From positions 1 through 38,619 of IMG/VR virus record IMGVR_UViG_3300049859_000058: DNA of 38,619 bases; one strand, written 5' to 3'. Positions within the stretch are counted from its first letter, which is position 1, and each line of letters opens with the position of its first letter. The stretch is from a virus (taxonomy: Duplodnaviria; Caudoviricetes). Below, piece after piece: positions 1 through 9,488 of this stretch. Below the pieces are notes generated by a model that ran no database searches, was not told the origin of the DNA, and saw only the letters and a list, made by a program, of their open reading frames with translations. A program made the position numbers and the translations under genes.

Positions 1-202
1 CTGGAAACCATTGCAGCGCAAGGGGTTTCGGCGGCGCCCTCCGCTGGGGCAGTCAGCCCTTGCCCCGCAATGCCACTGGCGGGCCCTGCGCAACCGTTTT
101 CGGGTCAGCGAGTAACCCGCAGGATGAAGACGCCCGGTTGCCCCGGTTGCGCAACTGCGGGATTCTGCAGCGGCTATCCTGCAGCCACCCCAGACCCACC
201 CA

Positions 203-862
203 ATGGCGACCAAGCTGACGCCAGCGATGGCCAACCGCATCGAGGTGTGGCCCATCGACAAGCTGGTGCCCTACGTGCGGAACGCCCGCACGCACAGCCC
301 TGAACAGGTCGCCCAACTGGCGGCCAGCATCACGGAGTTCGGCTTCGTGAACCCTGTGCTCGTGGACAGCGAGGCCGGGGTGATTGCAGGGCACGGCCGC
401 CTGGCGGCAGCCCGCGACCTGGGCCTGGCCGAGGTGCCCGTGGTGGTGCTCGATCACCTGACCGAGGCACAGAAGCGGGCCTACGTGATCGCCGACAACA
501 AGCTGGCCCTGAACGCTGGCTGGGACATGAGCCTGCTGCAGGCAGAGCTGGGCGATCTGGGCGACATGGATTTCGACCTAAGCCTGCTGGGCTTCAACGA
601 CGACGAGCTGAAGGACCTGCTCAGCGAGGACGTGGAAGAACTGGACGGGATGCCTGAGCTGAAGGACGGCGAGAAGGAGCCGCTGCAGCAGATCACCTTC
701 ACCCTGCACGATGACCAGGCCGAGCTGGTCAAGGAGGCCATCGAGGTGGCCAAGGCCATGGGCCCCTTCGTGGACACGGGCAACGAAAACAGCAACGGCA
801 ACGCCATCGCCCGGGTGGCTGAGCTGTTCATGAGCTGGAGCAGCGACCATGGCGTCGGCTAA
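203..862 (+). CDS. ParB/Srx N-terminal domain protein (DNA-modification associated)
   Basis: LVPYVRNARTHS...ITEFGFVNPVLVD...IAGHGRLAAA...IADNKLALNAGWD is the phage ParB-N signature. Confidence 0.9.
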   Translation: MATKLTPAMANRIEVWPIDKLVPYVRNARTHSPEQVAQLAASITEFGFVNPVLVDSEAGVIAGHGRLAAARDLGLAEVPVVVLDHLTEAQKRAYVIADNKLALNAGWDMSLLQAELGDLGDMDFDLSLLGFNDDELKDLLSEDVEELDGMPELKDGEKEPLQQITFTLHDDQAELVKEAIEVAKAMGPFVDTGNENSNGNAIARVAELFMSWSSDHGVG

Positions 863-1580
863 GGACTTGCGGGTGGCGCCCATCCGCGCCGCCGATGCGA
901 ACCGCCTGGTGCAGCGCCTGCACTACAGCGGCAAGGTGGTGCCGAACAGCCAGGTGCACCTGGGCGTCTTCCTGGGCGACCGGCTGGAGGGGGCCATGCA
1001 GTTCGGCCCCAGCATCAACAAGAAAGGCACGATCAACATCGTGCAGGACACCAGCTGGAACGGCTTCATCGAGCTGAACCGCATGGCCTTCAGCGAGCGG
1101 CTGCCGCGCAACAGCGAAAGCCGCGCCATTGCGGTGGCCATGCGCCTGCTGCGCAAGACCTACCCGCACCTGGAGTGGGTGGTGAGCTTTGCCGATGGCA
1201 CCCAGTGCGGTGACGGCACCATCTACCGGGCCAGCGGCTTCGTGCTGACCGACATCCGGGTGAGCGATGCGCTGCGGGTGAACCCGGCCACGGGCGAAAC
1301 CATGCACGTGATCCAGGCGCACCACCTGAAACTGAGCAAAGAATTCCGCAGCTGGAAACCGCTGGAGGGCTACCAGCTGCGCTACGTGTACTTCCTCAAC
1401 CCAGCCGCCCGTGAGCGGCTGACGGTGCCGGTGATCCCGTTCGAGCGCATCGCCGAAATGGGCGCCGCCATGTACCGTGGGGAGCGCACGCGTCCGAAGC
1501 AGGCAGCGGCCGGGTCCACCGGCGCGGCGGCGGGGCAGCACCGACCCGGACGCTCCAATTCCAGCCAGGTGCAGGCCTAG
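849..1580 (+). CDS. mom: Mom-family adenine modification enzyme (GNAT fold)
   Basis: HYSGK, LGVF, ELNRM, RNSESRAI and SFADGTQCGDGTIYRASGF match Mu Mom-like motifs; overlaps the end of the ParB gene. Confidence 0.8.
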   Translation: MASAKDLRVAPIRAADANRLVQRLHYSGKVVPNSQVHLGVFLGDRLEGAMQFGPSINKKGTINIVQDTSWNGFIELNRMAFSERLPRNSESRAIAVAMRLLRKTYPHLEWVVSFADGTQCGDGTIYRASGFVLTDIRVSDALRVNPATGETMHVIQAHHLKLSKEFRSWKPLEGYQLRYVYFLNPAARERLTVPVIPFERIAEMGAAMYRGERTRPKQAAAGSTGAAAGQHRPGRSNSSQVQA

Positions 1581-1582
1581 CG

Positions 1583-1969
1583 ATGGCCAGCCTGCACCTC
1601 ACCTGGCCAGGTTTCGAGGCAGCGGTGGACCTGATCGCTGCGCAGTGCCAGCGGCAGGGCCGCACCGGCATCTACGGCCCCCTGGGCCCTGGGCTGATGC
1701 TGGCCATTGCGCTGGCTGACCGCCTGGAACTGCAGCTGCTGGAGCAGCCCACCCCTGGGATGCTGCTGGTGCTGGGCTGCCACACCGGCAACGAGCTGGA
1801 GGCGGTGGCCAAGCTGGAGGACGTGGAGGCCTGGGCATGGGTGTGCACCGCACCAGGCCATGGCTGCAATAGCGTGATGCGAGTGGATGGGCCCACCAGG
1901 GTGCTGTGGCCCTGGCAGGACGCCCTCGGCCCACACCGGCGCCCCTTTGTTGAAGGGTTTGATGATTGA
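1583..1969 (+). CDS. Degenerate type I phosphoribosyltransferase-like protein
   Basis: LTW..F...IA; IYGPLGPGLMLAIALADRLEL (compare IYGIPRGGL.LAV.LSH.L); C-terminal LWPWQ (compare VFPWE); the PRPP-binding VDD motif is replaced by LVLGCHTG. Confidence 0.55.
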   Translation: MASLHLTWPGFEAAVDLIAAQCQRQGRTGIYGPLGPGLMLAIALADRLELQLLEQPTPGMLLVLGCHTGNELEAVAKLEDVEAWAWVCTAPGHGCNSVMRVDGPTRVLWPWQDALGPHRRPFVEGFDD

Positions 1970-2243
1970 GGTATCAGGCATCCGCTACGGCTGCAGCTGG
2001 GCCGATGACGGCAGCGTGCTCGCCATGCCGCTGCGGATCGAGTTCGGCTGCCGCGGCCCGGAGGGCACGGTGGACCAGATGCTGGAGGGCGAAGCGCACA
2101 CCTACATGACGGTGGAGCAGCTGCTGGCGCTGGTGACTGAGATGTACCCGGAGGGCGAAGTGCAGCTGATGCTGCCGTGCCCGGCCCAGGTGTGCAGCGG
2201 CCTGCTGGAGTTGGGCTACCCCGTCTGCCTCGTTGGCGAGTGA
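1962..2243 (+). CDS. Hypothetical protein, possible decayed QueE-like N-terminal fragment
   Basis: ATG at 1962 overlaps the upstream gene end; MIEVSGIRY...GC...MTVEQLLALV...GYPV loosely follows QueE layout but lacks CxxxCxxC and GGEP. Confidence 0.5.
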   Translation: MIEVSGIRYGCSWADDGSVLAMPLRIEFGCRGPEGTVDQMLEGEAHTYMTVEQLLALVTEMYPEGEVQLMLPCPAQVCSGLLELGYPVCLVGE

Positions 2244-2800
2244 TGGCGGTCAGCGTTGCCCAGTACGCCGCACACCGGGGCATCAGCCCGCAGGCGGTGC
2301 GCAAGGCCATCAAGGAGGGGCGCCTGCAGCGGGCGCTCAGCCATGACGGGCGGCAGACGCTGATCGACCAGGCGGCGGCAGACCGTGAGTGGGATGCCAA
2401 CACCCAGGGCAGCAAGCGCCGCACCGCCGAGGTGATCAATGCAGGCAAGGCCGCGGCCCAGGGCAGGCCCGTGCAAAACGGCGCTCAAACGCCGCAGGTC
2501 GAGCTGAATTACACCAAAGCCCGCGCAATTCGGGAGCATTTCGCTGCAAAGCTGGCTGAGCTGGAGTACCGCGAAAAAGCGGGCCAGCTCATGCGCACCG
2601 ACGATGTGAAGCTGGCGACGTTCAAGGTGCACCGCATGTTCCGCGATGCAGTGCAGAACATCCCCATCCGTGTAGTGAACGAACTGGCGGCGCTGGTGGG
2701 CGACGTGCCCCCGGAGCAGCGCCACGAAATGATGCTCGTGATGCAGCGCGAGATCGACAAAGCCCTGGAGCAACTGTCAGGAAACGATGGCCCTCGCTGA
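2243..2800 (+). CDS. Terminase small subunit (Nu1-like)
   Basis: TGATG coupling at 2241-2245; N-terminal HTH SVAQYAAHRGISPQAVRKAIKEGRL; AKLAELEYREKAGQL; directly precedes the large subunit. Confidence 0.8.
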   Translation: MAVSVAQYAAHRGISPQAVRKAIKEGRLQRALSHDGRQTLIDQAAADREWDANTQGSKRRTAEVINAGKAAAQGRPVQNGAQTPQVELNYTKARAIREHFAAKLAELEYREKAGQLMRTDDVKLATFKVHRMFRDAVQNIPIRVVNELAALVGDVPPEQRHEMMLVMQREIDKALEQLSGNDGPR

Positions 2801-4670
2801 CGCCTACGACGTGGTGTGGACCGCTGCCTCCGCAGCGATCAAGCCCGACCCTGTGCTCACGGTGAGCGAGTGGGCGGACAGCAACCGCTTCCTCAGCCAG
2901 CGTGCCAGCGCCGAGCCGGGCAGCTGGCGCACCGACCGCACGCCGTACCTGCGCGAAATCATGGACTGCCTCAGCGCCACCAGCGTGGTGGAGAAGGTGG
3001 TGTTCATGAAGGGCGCCCAGGTGGGCGGCACCGAGGCCGGGAATAACTGGCTGGGCTACGTGATCGACAACTGCCCTGGCCCAATGCTCATGGTGCAGCC
3101 CACTGTGGAGATGGCGAAGCGCAACAGCAAGACGCGCATCGCCCCGCTGATCGAGGAATCGCCCAGCCTGCGCGACAAGGTGCGCGACCCGCGCAGCAGG
3201 GACAGCGGCAACAGCTTGCTCGCCAAGGAGTTCCCTGGCGGTGTGGTGGTGATGGCCGGGGCCAACTCAGCTGCGGGCCTGCGCTCCATGCCGGTGCGCT
3301 TCCTGTTCCTGGACGAGCCCGATGCCTACCCGGGCGACGTGGATGGGGAGGGCGATCCCTGCACGCTGGCCGAGGCCCGCACCAGGACGTTCAGCAGGCG
3401 GAAGATCTTCTACGTGAGCACGCCGACGCTGGCGGGCCGCAGCCGCATCGAGCGCGAGTTCCTGGACAGCGACATGCGATTTTTCGAGGTGCCGTGCCCG
3501 CTGTGCGGCGCTTACCAGCAGCTGGTCTGGGAGAACATGCGCTGGGAGGAGGGGCAGCCCGAGACGGTGCGCTACCAGTGCGCCCACTGCGGCGAGCAGT
3601 TCGAGGAGCACCACAAGAACAAGATCCTGCTCGCCGGGCAGTGGCGGCCACAGAACCCGGAGGGCAAGTGGCGCGGCTACCACATCAGTTCGCTCTACAG
3701 CCCGCTCGGGTGGTTCAGCTGGAAGGAGTGCGTCGAGGCCTACGTGCAGGCCCGCAAGACCGACGAGGCCATGCGGGTGTTCCAGAACACGATCCTGGGC
3801 CTCACCTACGCCGACACCGGCGAGGCGCCGGATTGGGAGCTGCTGTATGGGCGGCGCGAACACTACCCGCTCGGGCAGGTGCCCGAGGGCGCGGTGTTCC
3901 TGACGGCTGGCGTTGACGTGCAGAAGGACCGCGTGGAGCTGGAGGTGGTGGGCTGGGGCCCCAACCTGGAAAGCTGGAGCATCGACTACCAGGTGCTGCA
4001 CGGCGACACGGCGGGTGACGACGTGTGGGAACTGCTCAGCGCCGCGGTGCGCGATGAGTTCCCCAGGGCCGACGGCATGGTGCTGCCGATCCGCATGACG
4101 GCCATCGACACCGGCTACCGCACCCAGGAGGTCTACCGCTGGGTGAAAGGGCAGTCAGCCATGCGGGTGATGGCGATCAAGGGCCGCGAGACGCAGGCCA
4201 CGATCATCAGCCAGCCCAGCACGGTTGAGGTGACGGTGCGCGGCAAGCGCATCAAGTCAGGCATCAAGCTGTGGCCGGTGGGCACCAGCGTGGCGAAGTC
4301 GGAGCTGTACGGCTGGCTCAGGCGCAGGCTGCCCGAGAACCTGGACGATGGGTTGCCGCACGGCTGGTGTCATTTCCCGCAGCACTCGGAGGAGTACTTC
4401 AAGCAGCTCACGGCCGAAAGCCTGGTGAGCCGGGTGGTGCGCGGCTACCAGAAATACCAGTGGGAGAAGACGCGCGACCGCAACGAGGCGCTCGACTGCC
4501 GCATCTACAACCGGGCCGCAGCGATGGCGGTGGGCGCCGACCGCTGGGATGACCGGCGCTGGGCCTATGAGCGCGACGAGGGCGCCCGCGGTGTGTCCCA
4601 GCAGATCAGCAAGGCCAATCAACCTGCGCAACAGCAGCAGGTGAAGCGCCGCAGATCGTCTTTCCTGTGA
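2787..4670 (+). CDS. Terminase large subunit, lambda gpA family
   Basis: TPYLREIMD, MKGAQVGGTE (Walker A), FLFLDE (Walker B), STPT, CPLCG/CAHCG Zn motifs, GVDVQ, RNEALDC. Confidence 0.97.
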   Translation: MALADAYDVVWTAASAAIKPDPVLTVSEWADSNRFLSQRASAEPGSWRTDRTPYLREIMDCLSATSVVEKVVFMKGAQVGGTEAGNNWLGYVIDNCPGPMLMVQPTVEMAKRNSKTRIAPLIEESPSLRDKVRDPRSRDSGNSLLAKEFPGGVVVMAGANSAAGLRSMPVRFLFLDEPDAYPGDVDGEGDPCTLAEARTRTFSRRKIFYVSTPTLAGRSRIEREFLDSDMRFFEVPCPLCGAYQQLVWENMRWEEGQPETVRYQCAHCGEQFEEHHKNKILLAGQWRPQNPEGKWRGYHISSLYSPLGWFSWKECVEAYVQARKTDEAMRVFQNTILGLTYADTGEAPDWELLYGRREHYPLGQVPEGAVFLTAGVDVQKDRVELEVVGWGPNLESWSIDYQVLHGDTAGDDVWELLSAAVRDEFPRADGMVLPIRMTAIDTGYRTQEVYRWVKGQSAMRVMAIKGRETQATIISQPSTVEVTVRGKRIKSGIKLWPVGTSVAKSELYGWLRRRLPENLDDGLPHGWCHFPQHSEEYFKQLTAESLVSRVVRGYQKYQWEKTRDRNEALDCRIYNRAAAMAVGADRWDDRRWAYERDEGARGVSQQISKANQPAQQQQVKRRRSSFL

Positions 4671-4701
4671 GCCTTAGCATGACCCAAGGAGGTGCCCTGG
4701 C

Positions 4702-4902
4702 ATGACCATGTTCAGTGAGGCCGGGCTGGCGGCCATCGAGGAGGCCATCGCTGGCGGCTACCTGCGCGTCAAATACGACGACAAGGAAGTCACCTACCAA
4801 AGCCTGAACGAGCTGCTGCGGGTGCGGGAGATCATCCGCCGCCGCCTGGGCAGTGGAACCCTGCAGCGCAAATACTTCAGCTTCAAGCGGGACACCGAAT
4901 GA
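4702..4902 (+). CDS. Head-tail joining protein (lambda gpW-like)
   Basis: 66 aa between terminase and portal; LAAIEEAIAGG..RVKYDDKEVTYQSLNEL; AAGGAGG RBS upstream. Confidence 0.8.
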   Translation: MTMFSEAGLAAIEEAIAGGYLRVKYDDKEVTYQSLNELLRVREIIRRRLGSGTLQRKYFSFKRDTE

Positions 4903-6368
4903 ATCCCTTCGACAGCCTGATCGCCAGCATCAACCCCGTGGCGGCCCTGCGCCGCCAGCAGGCCCGCCTGCAGCTGGAATGGCTGCGCCGCTACGAAGGG
5001 GCCAGCCGCGGCCGCCGCACCGATGGCTGGCGCACGCCCAGCAGCAGCGCCGACAGCGCCGCTGCACCGGCACTGACCCTGCTGCGGGATCGCAGCCGCG
5101 ACCTGGTGCGGAACAACCCCTACGCCGCCAAGGCGGTGTCGGTGATCGTGGCCAACACCATCGGCACCGGCATCATGGGCCAGGCCCGCACCCGCAGCCG
5201 CCGCCGCGCCGATCAGCTGACGGCGCTCTACCTGAACTGGGCGAGCGATCCGCTGCAGTGCGACTTCCATGGCCGCATGGATTTCGCGGGGCTGCAGGCC
5301 CTGGCCTTCCGCGCCGTGGTGGAATCTGGCGAGGTGCTGATCCGGCGCCGCACGCCCCGGGCCGAGGAGCAGCGCATCCCCCTGCGCCTGCAGGTGATGG
5401 AACCCGACATGCTGGACACCACCAGGGACGTGGCCCTGGAGAACGGTGGGCTGATCAAGGAGGGCATCCAGTACGACGCCCAGGGCCGCCGCGAAGGCTA
5501 CTGGCTGTACGAGGAGCACCCTGGTGAGCAGCACCTGCGGGTGATCAACGTGCGCAGCAGCTTCGTGCCCGCTAGCGAAATCGTGCACGTGTTCCGCCAG
5601 GATCGCCCGCACCAGACCCGTGGGATTCCCTGGGCATCCCCGGTCATACTCCGGCTTCGGGACTTTGATGACTACAGCGACGCGCAGCTGCTGAAACAGA
5701 AAATTTCCGCTTGCTTCGCGGCCTTTGCTGTAGATACTGAGGCCCCAGATGCAGGCCTTGGCACCGAGCTGATCGACAAGCTGGAGCCTGGAGCGATTGA
5801 GATCCTGCCGCCTGGCAAGGACATCCGCTTCGCCAACCCGCCCACCGTGGGCGACTTCGACAAGGTGAGCCGCGAGTACCTGCTGCAGATCGCAGCTGGC
5901 TTCGGCGTTACCTACGAAAGCCTCACCGGCGACCTCAGCACCACCAACTTCGCCAGCGGCCGCATGGGTTGGCTGGAGTTCCAACGGAACATCGAAGCCT
6001 GGCGCTGGCAGGTGATCGTGCCGCAGATGCTGAACCCGATCTGGTCGTGGTTCATGCAGGCGGGCGAGGTGAACGGGGTGCGCACCGACGGGATCGTGGC
6101 GCACTGGACACCGCCCCGGCGCGAGCTGATTGACCCGGCCAAGGAGGTGGACGGCATCAAGAACGCCGTCCGCTGCGGCCTGATGAGCCCGGCCGAGGCC
6201 ATCCGCGAGTTCGGCTACGAGCCCGAGGAAGTGCTGGCCGAAAGCGCCGAGTTCTACCAGCTGGCCGACAGGCTGGGCCTCGTGCTGGACATTGACCCCC
6301 GCAAGATGAGCGGCGCTGGCCAGCCGGTGCAGGCCCCACAGCCCGGCGCCAGCCCCCAATCCGACTAA
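4899..6368 (+). CDS. Portal protein, lambda family
   Basis: YEGAS.GRR..GW, LRDRSRDLVRNNPYA, RPHQTRGIPW, GVTYESLTGDLS..NFASGRMG, IDPAKE. Confidence 0.96.
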   Translation: MNPFDSLIASINPVAALRRQQARLQLEWLRRYEGASRGRRTDGWRTPSSSADSAAAPALTLLRDRSRDLVRNNPYAAKAVSVIVANTIGTGIMGQARTRSRRRADQLTALYLNWASDPLQCDFHGRMDFAGLQALAFRAVVESGEVLIRRRTPRAEEQRIPLRLQVMEPDMLDTTRDVALENGGLIKEGIQYDAQGRREGYWLYEEHPGEQHLRVINVRSSFVPASEIVHVFRQDRPHQTRGIPWASPVILRLRDFDDYSDAQLLKQKISACFAAFAVDTEAPDAGLGTELIDKLEPGAIEILPPGKDIRFANPPTVGDFDKVSREYLLQIAAGFGVTYESLTGDLSTTNFASGRMGWLEFQRNIEAWRWQVIVPQMLNPIWSWFMQAGEVNGVRTDGIVAHWTPPRRELIDPAKEVDGIKNAVRCGLMSPAEAIREFGYEPEEVLAESAEFYQLADRLGLVLDIDPRKMSGAGQPVQAPQPGASPQSD

Positions 6369-6398
6369 CCTTAGAATTGTGAGGCCAATGGAGTCGCC

Positions 6399-8264
6399 AT
6401 GAGCGAACTGCTCCAAACTCGGGCGATGTTCGCACCTGAGACCGTCAACGCCGAGGCGCGGACGGTTGAGGTGGTGTGGACGACCGGCGCCCGTGTGGCA
6501 CGCAACGGCTACGAAGGCCCCTATTACGAGGAGCTTTCGATGGACAAGAAGGCGATCCGCATGGACCGCCTGAACGCCGGTGCCCCGCTGCTCAACAGCC
6601 ACAGCGCAAGCCAGCTCTCCGACGTTGTCGGGGTGGTGGAGCGTGCCTGGCTGGAGGGCAACGAGGGCCGAGCCGTAGTGAGATTTTCCAGCCGTGATGA
6701 CGTGACGCCCATCTTCAACGATGTGCGCGACGGCATCATCCGAAACATCAGTGTCGGCTACCGCGTCTGGAAATACGAGCGCGTGGAGGAGGGCGAAGCC
6801 CCCATCATGCGAGCGGTGGACTGGGAGCCGCATGAGCTTTCCCTGGTCCCGATCCCTGCAGACGCAGGGGCACAGGTGCGCTCTGAGGAGCCGCCTACAG
6901 TTCACAACGAGCCTGAAAAGGACAGCCCAATGGACGAAATCCGCGAACTGGAGGGCGCCGTGACTCCTGAAGCCCCTGTGGCCCAGGAACGCGCCGCTCG
7001 CCCCGAGGACATCCAGGCTGCCATCGCCGCTGAGCGTCGTCGGGTGGCGGAAATCCGCCGCTCCGTTCGCGCCGCTGGGTTGGACGTGGCCCTGGCTGAC
7101 ACCCTGGAGCAAGAAGGGACTTCGGTTGACGAAGCCCGCAAGCTCATCATCGACAAGATGGCTGAGCGCGAAGCTGCTGCACCCACCCGCACCCACGTGC
7201 AGGTGCTGGCCGACGAGGGCCAGAAGCGCAGCGAGTGCATGACCGCCACTCTGGAGGCCCGCGTGGGCCTGCGTCAGTGGGACGATCAAGCCCGCGCCTA
7301 TGGCCACAGCAGCCTGATGGACATGGCCAAGGACGCCCTCGTGCGTTCTGGCGTGAACCTGGTGGGCATGAGCAAGAGCGAGATCGCTGGCCGTGCGATG
7401 CACAGCACCAGCGACTTCCCGCTGCTGCTCAGCAACATCGCTCGCAAGAGCCTTGCTTCTGCCTACGCCGCCGAGGACCAGACCTTCCGCCCCCTGGCAC
7501 GCCAGCGCAACCTGCCCGACTTCAAGCCCGTGTACGAGCTTGAGATCGCTGGCCAGATCACTCCCGAGCCCCTGCTCGAAGGTGGTGAGTACAAGGCCGC
7601 GACCGTGCAGGAGCAGCAGGCTTCCTGGCGCATCTACACCTACGGCAAGAAGATCGCCGTAACCCGCCAGCTCATCATCAACGACGACCTGGACGCCCTC
7701 AGCCGCATCCCCCAGATGATCGGCCGCGGCATGTCCCTGTTCGAGTCGAACGAGGTGTGGAAGCTCATCACCGCCAACGCGAAGATGAGCTACGACGGCA
7801 AGGCTCTGTTCCATGCCGATCACAGCAACAGTGGCACCGGCGCCATCGGCGAAGCTGCAATCAGCAACGCCCGCAAGGCCCTGCGCAACCAGAAGGACAT
7901 CGCTGGCAACCGCATCAACCTGCGGCCCCGCTACCTGGTGCTGCCCACCAGCCTGGAGACTGCGGCCCAGAAATTCCTGAGCCCCATTCAGCCCAGCACC
8001 ACCGGTGACGTGAACATCTTCACCGGCTCCATGTCGCTGATCGTTGAGCCCCGCCTCGATGACGCCAGCGAGCAGGCCTACTACGTGACCGCCAGCCCCG
8101 AGCAGATCGACATGATCGCTTTCGGCTACCTGGACGGCGAAGCTGGCCCGCAGGTTGAGACCGTCAACGAGCGCGATCCTGATGGCACCGTCATCTACGC
8201 TCGCCTCGACTTCGGCTGCACCCTGCTGAACCACCGGGGCTTCTACAAGTCCACCGGCGTCTGA
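6399..8264 (+). CDS. Prohead protease / major capsid fusion protein
   Basis: N-terminal protease (PLLNSH, ISVGY, WEPHELSLVPIPAD), scaffold-like linker, then capsid domain (HSTSDFPLLL, DFKP, EGGEY, TYGK...TRQLIINDDL). Confidence 0.93.
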   Translation: MSELLQTRAMFAPETVNAEARTVEVVWTTGARVARNGYEGPYYEELSMDKKAIRMDRLNAGAPLLNSHSASQLSDVVGVVERAWLEGNEGRAVVRFSSRDDVTPIFNDVRDGIIRNISVGYRVWKYERVEEGEAPIMRAVDWEPHELSLVPIPADAGAQVRSEEPPTVHNEPEKDSPMDEIRELEGAVTPEAPVAQERAARPEDIQAAIAAERRRVAEIRRSVRAAGLDVALADTLEQEGTSVDEARKLIIDKMAEREAAAPTRTHVQVLADEGQKRSECMTATLEARVGLRQWDDQARAYGHSSLMDMAKDALVRSGVNLVGMSKSEIAGRAMHSTSDFPLLLSNIARKSLASAYAAEDQTFRPLARQRNLPDFKPVYELEIAGQITPEPLLEGGEYKAATVQEQQASWRIYTYGKKIAVTRQLIINDDLDALSRIPQMIGRGMSLFESNEVWKLITANAKMSYDGKALFHADHSNSGTGAIGEAAISNARKALRNQKDIAGNRINLRPRYLVLPTSLETAAQKFLSPIQPSTTGDVNIFTGSMSLIVEPRLDDASEQAYYVTASPEQIDMIAFGYLDGEAGPQVETVNERDPDGTVIYARLDFGCTLLNHRGFYKSTGV

Positions 8265-8275
8265 GGATCTGACCC

Positions 8276-8596
8276 ATGAAGAACTTCGTGCAGAACGGTA
8301 AGCAGCTCGATGTGATCGCATCGGCTGCCTACAAGAGCGGCGAGCTTGTCATCGAGGGCAACCTCGTTGGCGTGGCCGTGGCCGACATCGCCTCTGGCGA
8401 GACTGGCGCCATTGCCACCGAAGGCGTCTACGCCCTCGAAAAGGAGGCTGCTGCCGCCCTCATCCAGGGCGACAAGGCCTACTACGACGCGGCGACTAAG
8501 AAGCTCGACGCCACCAACACCAACCCCGCCGTGGGCTACGTGGTGGCAGTGAGCGGCAACACCGTTCACCTCAAGATCAGCGGCCACAAGCTCTGA
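8276..8596 (+). CDS. DUF2190-family capsid cement/decoration protein
   Basis: MKNFVQNG...SGELV..G.LVGVA...EGVYAL.K; follows the capsid gene. Confidence 0.85.
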   Translation: MKNFVQNGKQLDVIASAAYKSGELVIEGNLVGVAVADIASGETGAIATEGVYALEKEAAAALIQGDKAYYDAATKKLDATNTNPAVGYVVAVSGNTVHLKISGHKL

Positions 8597-8600
8597 TCCC

Positions 8601-8912
8601 ATGCTGAACGACCTGGCTAACAGGGCGCTCCGTGCTGGCATCAAGGTGATGGGGGAACCCATCACCTACAGCCGGGGCGAACAGCAGTGGCCCATCAAGG
8701 CCATGTTCCAGGACGCCTACATCGGGGCCGATCCGGAGACGGGTGGCCCCGTTTCGACTGTTCAGCCGGTGGCGGGCATCGACGCCCGCGACCTGCCCAT
8801 CAAGCCCAAGGGCGGCGACACCGTTGTCGCCCGTGGCAAGACTTTCCGCGTGCGCGATGCGCAGCCTGACGGCCACACTGGAGTGACCCTGTTCCTGCAG
8901 AAGGTGAGCTGA
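8601..8912 (+). CDS. Head-tail joining protein (gpFII-like)
   Basis: GEPITY...P.GGD.V...G.TFRV.D.QPDG.G...L.L pattern and gene position. Confidence 0.75.
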   Translation: MLNDLANRALRAGIKVMGEPITYSRGEQQWPIKAMFQDAYIGADPETGGPVSTVQPVAGIDARDLPIKPKGGDTVVARGKTFRVRDAQPDGHTGVTLFLQKVS

Positions 8913-9487
8913 TGCCTGGCATCCACCCGCGCCAGCAGCTGCGCCACGCCATCCGCGACCACTTGGCGGCCGAGCTGCCGGATGGCGAGCACTGGACACC
9001 GGCCGAGGGCCGGGTGTTCGCGCAGCGCACCATCGAGCTGGAGCCCGACGAGCTGCCCCTGATCCTGGTGACCGCCAGGGAGGAGGACGTGGAACCGCTC
9101 AGCGTCAGCGAGTGGGATGCTGCCGACCGGCGCACCCTGCTGGTGCACGTCGAATGCCTGGCGCTGGCGCTGGATGACGTGGACGACCGCCTCGATGCGC
9201 TGTGCCTGGGCGTGGAGCAGGCCATGGGCGGCCTGGTGGTGCAGGGCCTGGAGACTGCGCACTTCCGCCTGCGCCGCACCGAAACCGACGTGGACCGCGA
9301 GGGCGAGGTGCCCATTGGCGCGGCCCGCATGACCTTCGAAGCCCGCTACCTCAGCTATCGTCTGGGCGTGGATTTCGGCCTTTGGGACCGCGACTACCCC
9401 ACGAATTGCCCAGCACCGGGCGTCACATCCATCACGTTGAGAACGCCTGACGGCAACTCACTACACTCAGAGGATCTGGTGATCTGA
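8912..9487 (+). CDS. Putative tail terminator/completion protein
   Basis: HPRQQLRHAI...RVF..R......ELP.ILV....E...DDRLDALC..VE; neck-module position. Confidence 0.6.
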   Translation: MPGIHPRQQLRHAIRDHLAAELPDGEHWTPAEGRVFAQRTIELEPDELPLILVTAREEDVEPLSVSEWDAADRRTLLVHVECLALALDDVDDRLDALCLGVEQAMGGLVVQGLETAHFRLRRTETDVDREGEVPIGAARMTFEARYLSYRLGVDFGLWDRDYPTNCPAPGVTSITLRTPDGNSLHSEDLVI

Positions 9488-9488
9488 C

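Noticed and set aside
4794-8321. 1175-aa minus-strand ORF
   Set aside because: Antisense shadow of portal and capsid genes caused by high-GC codon bias; no recognisable motifs
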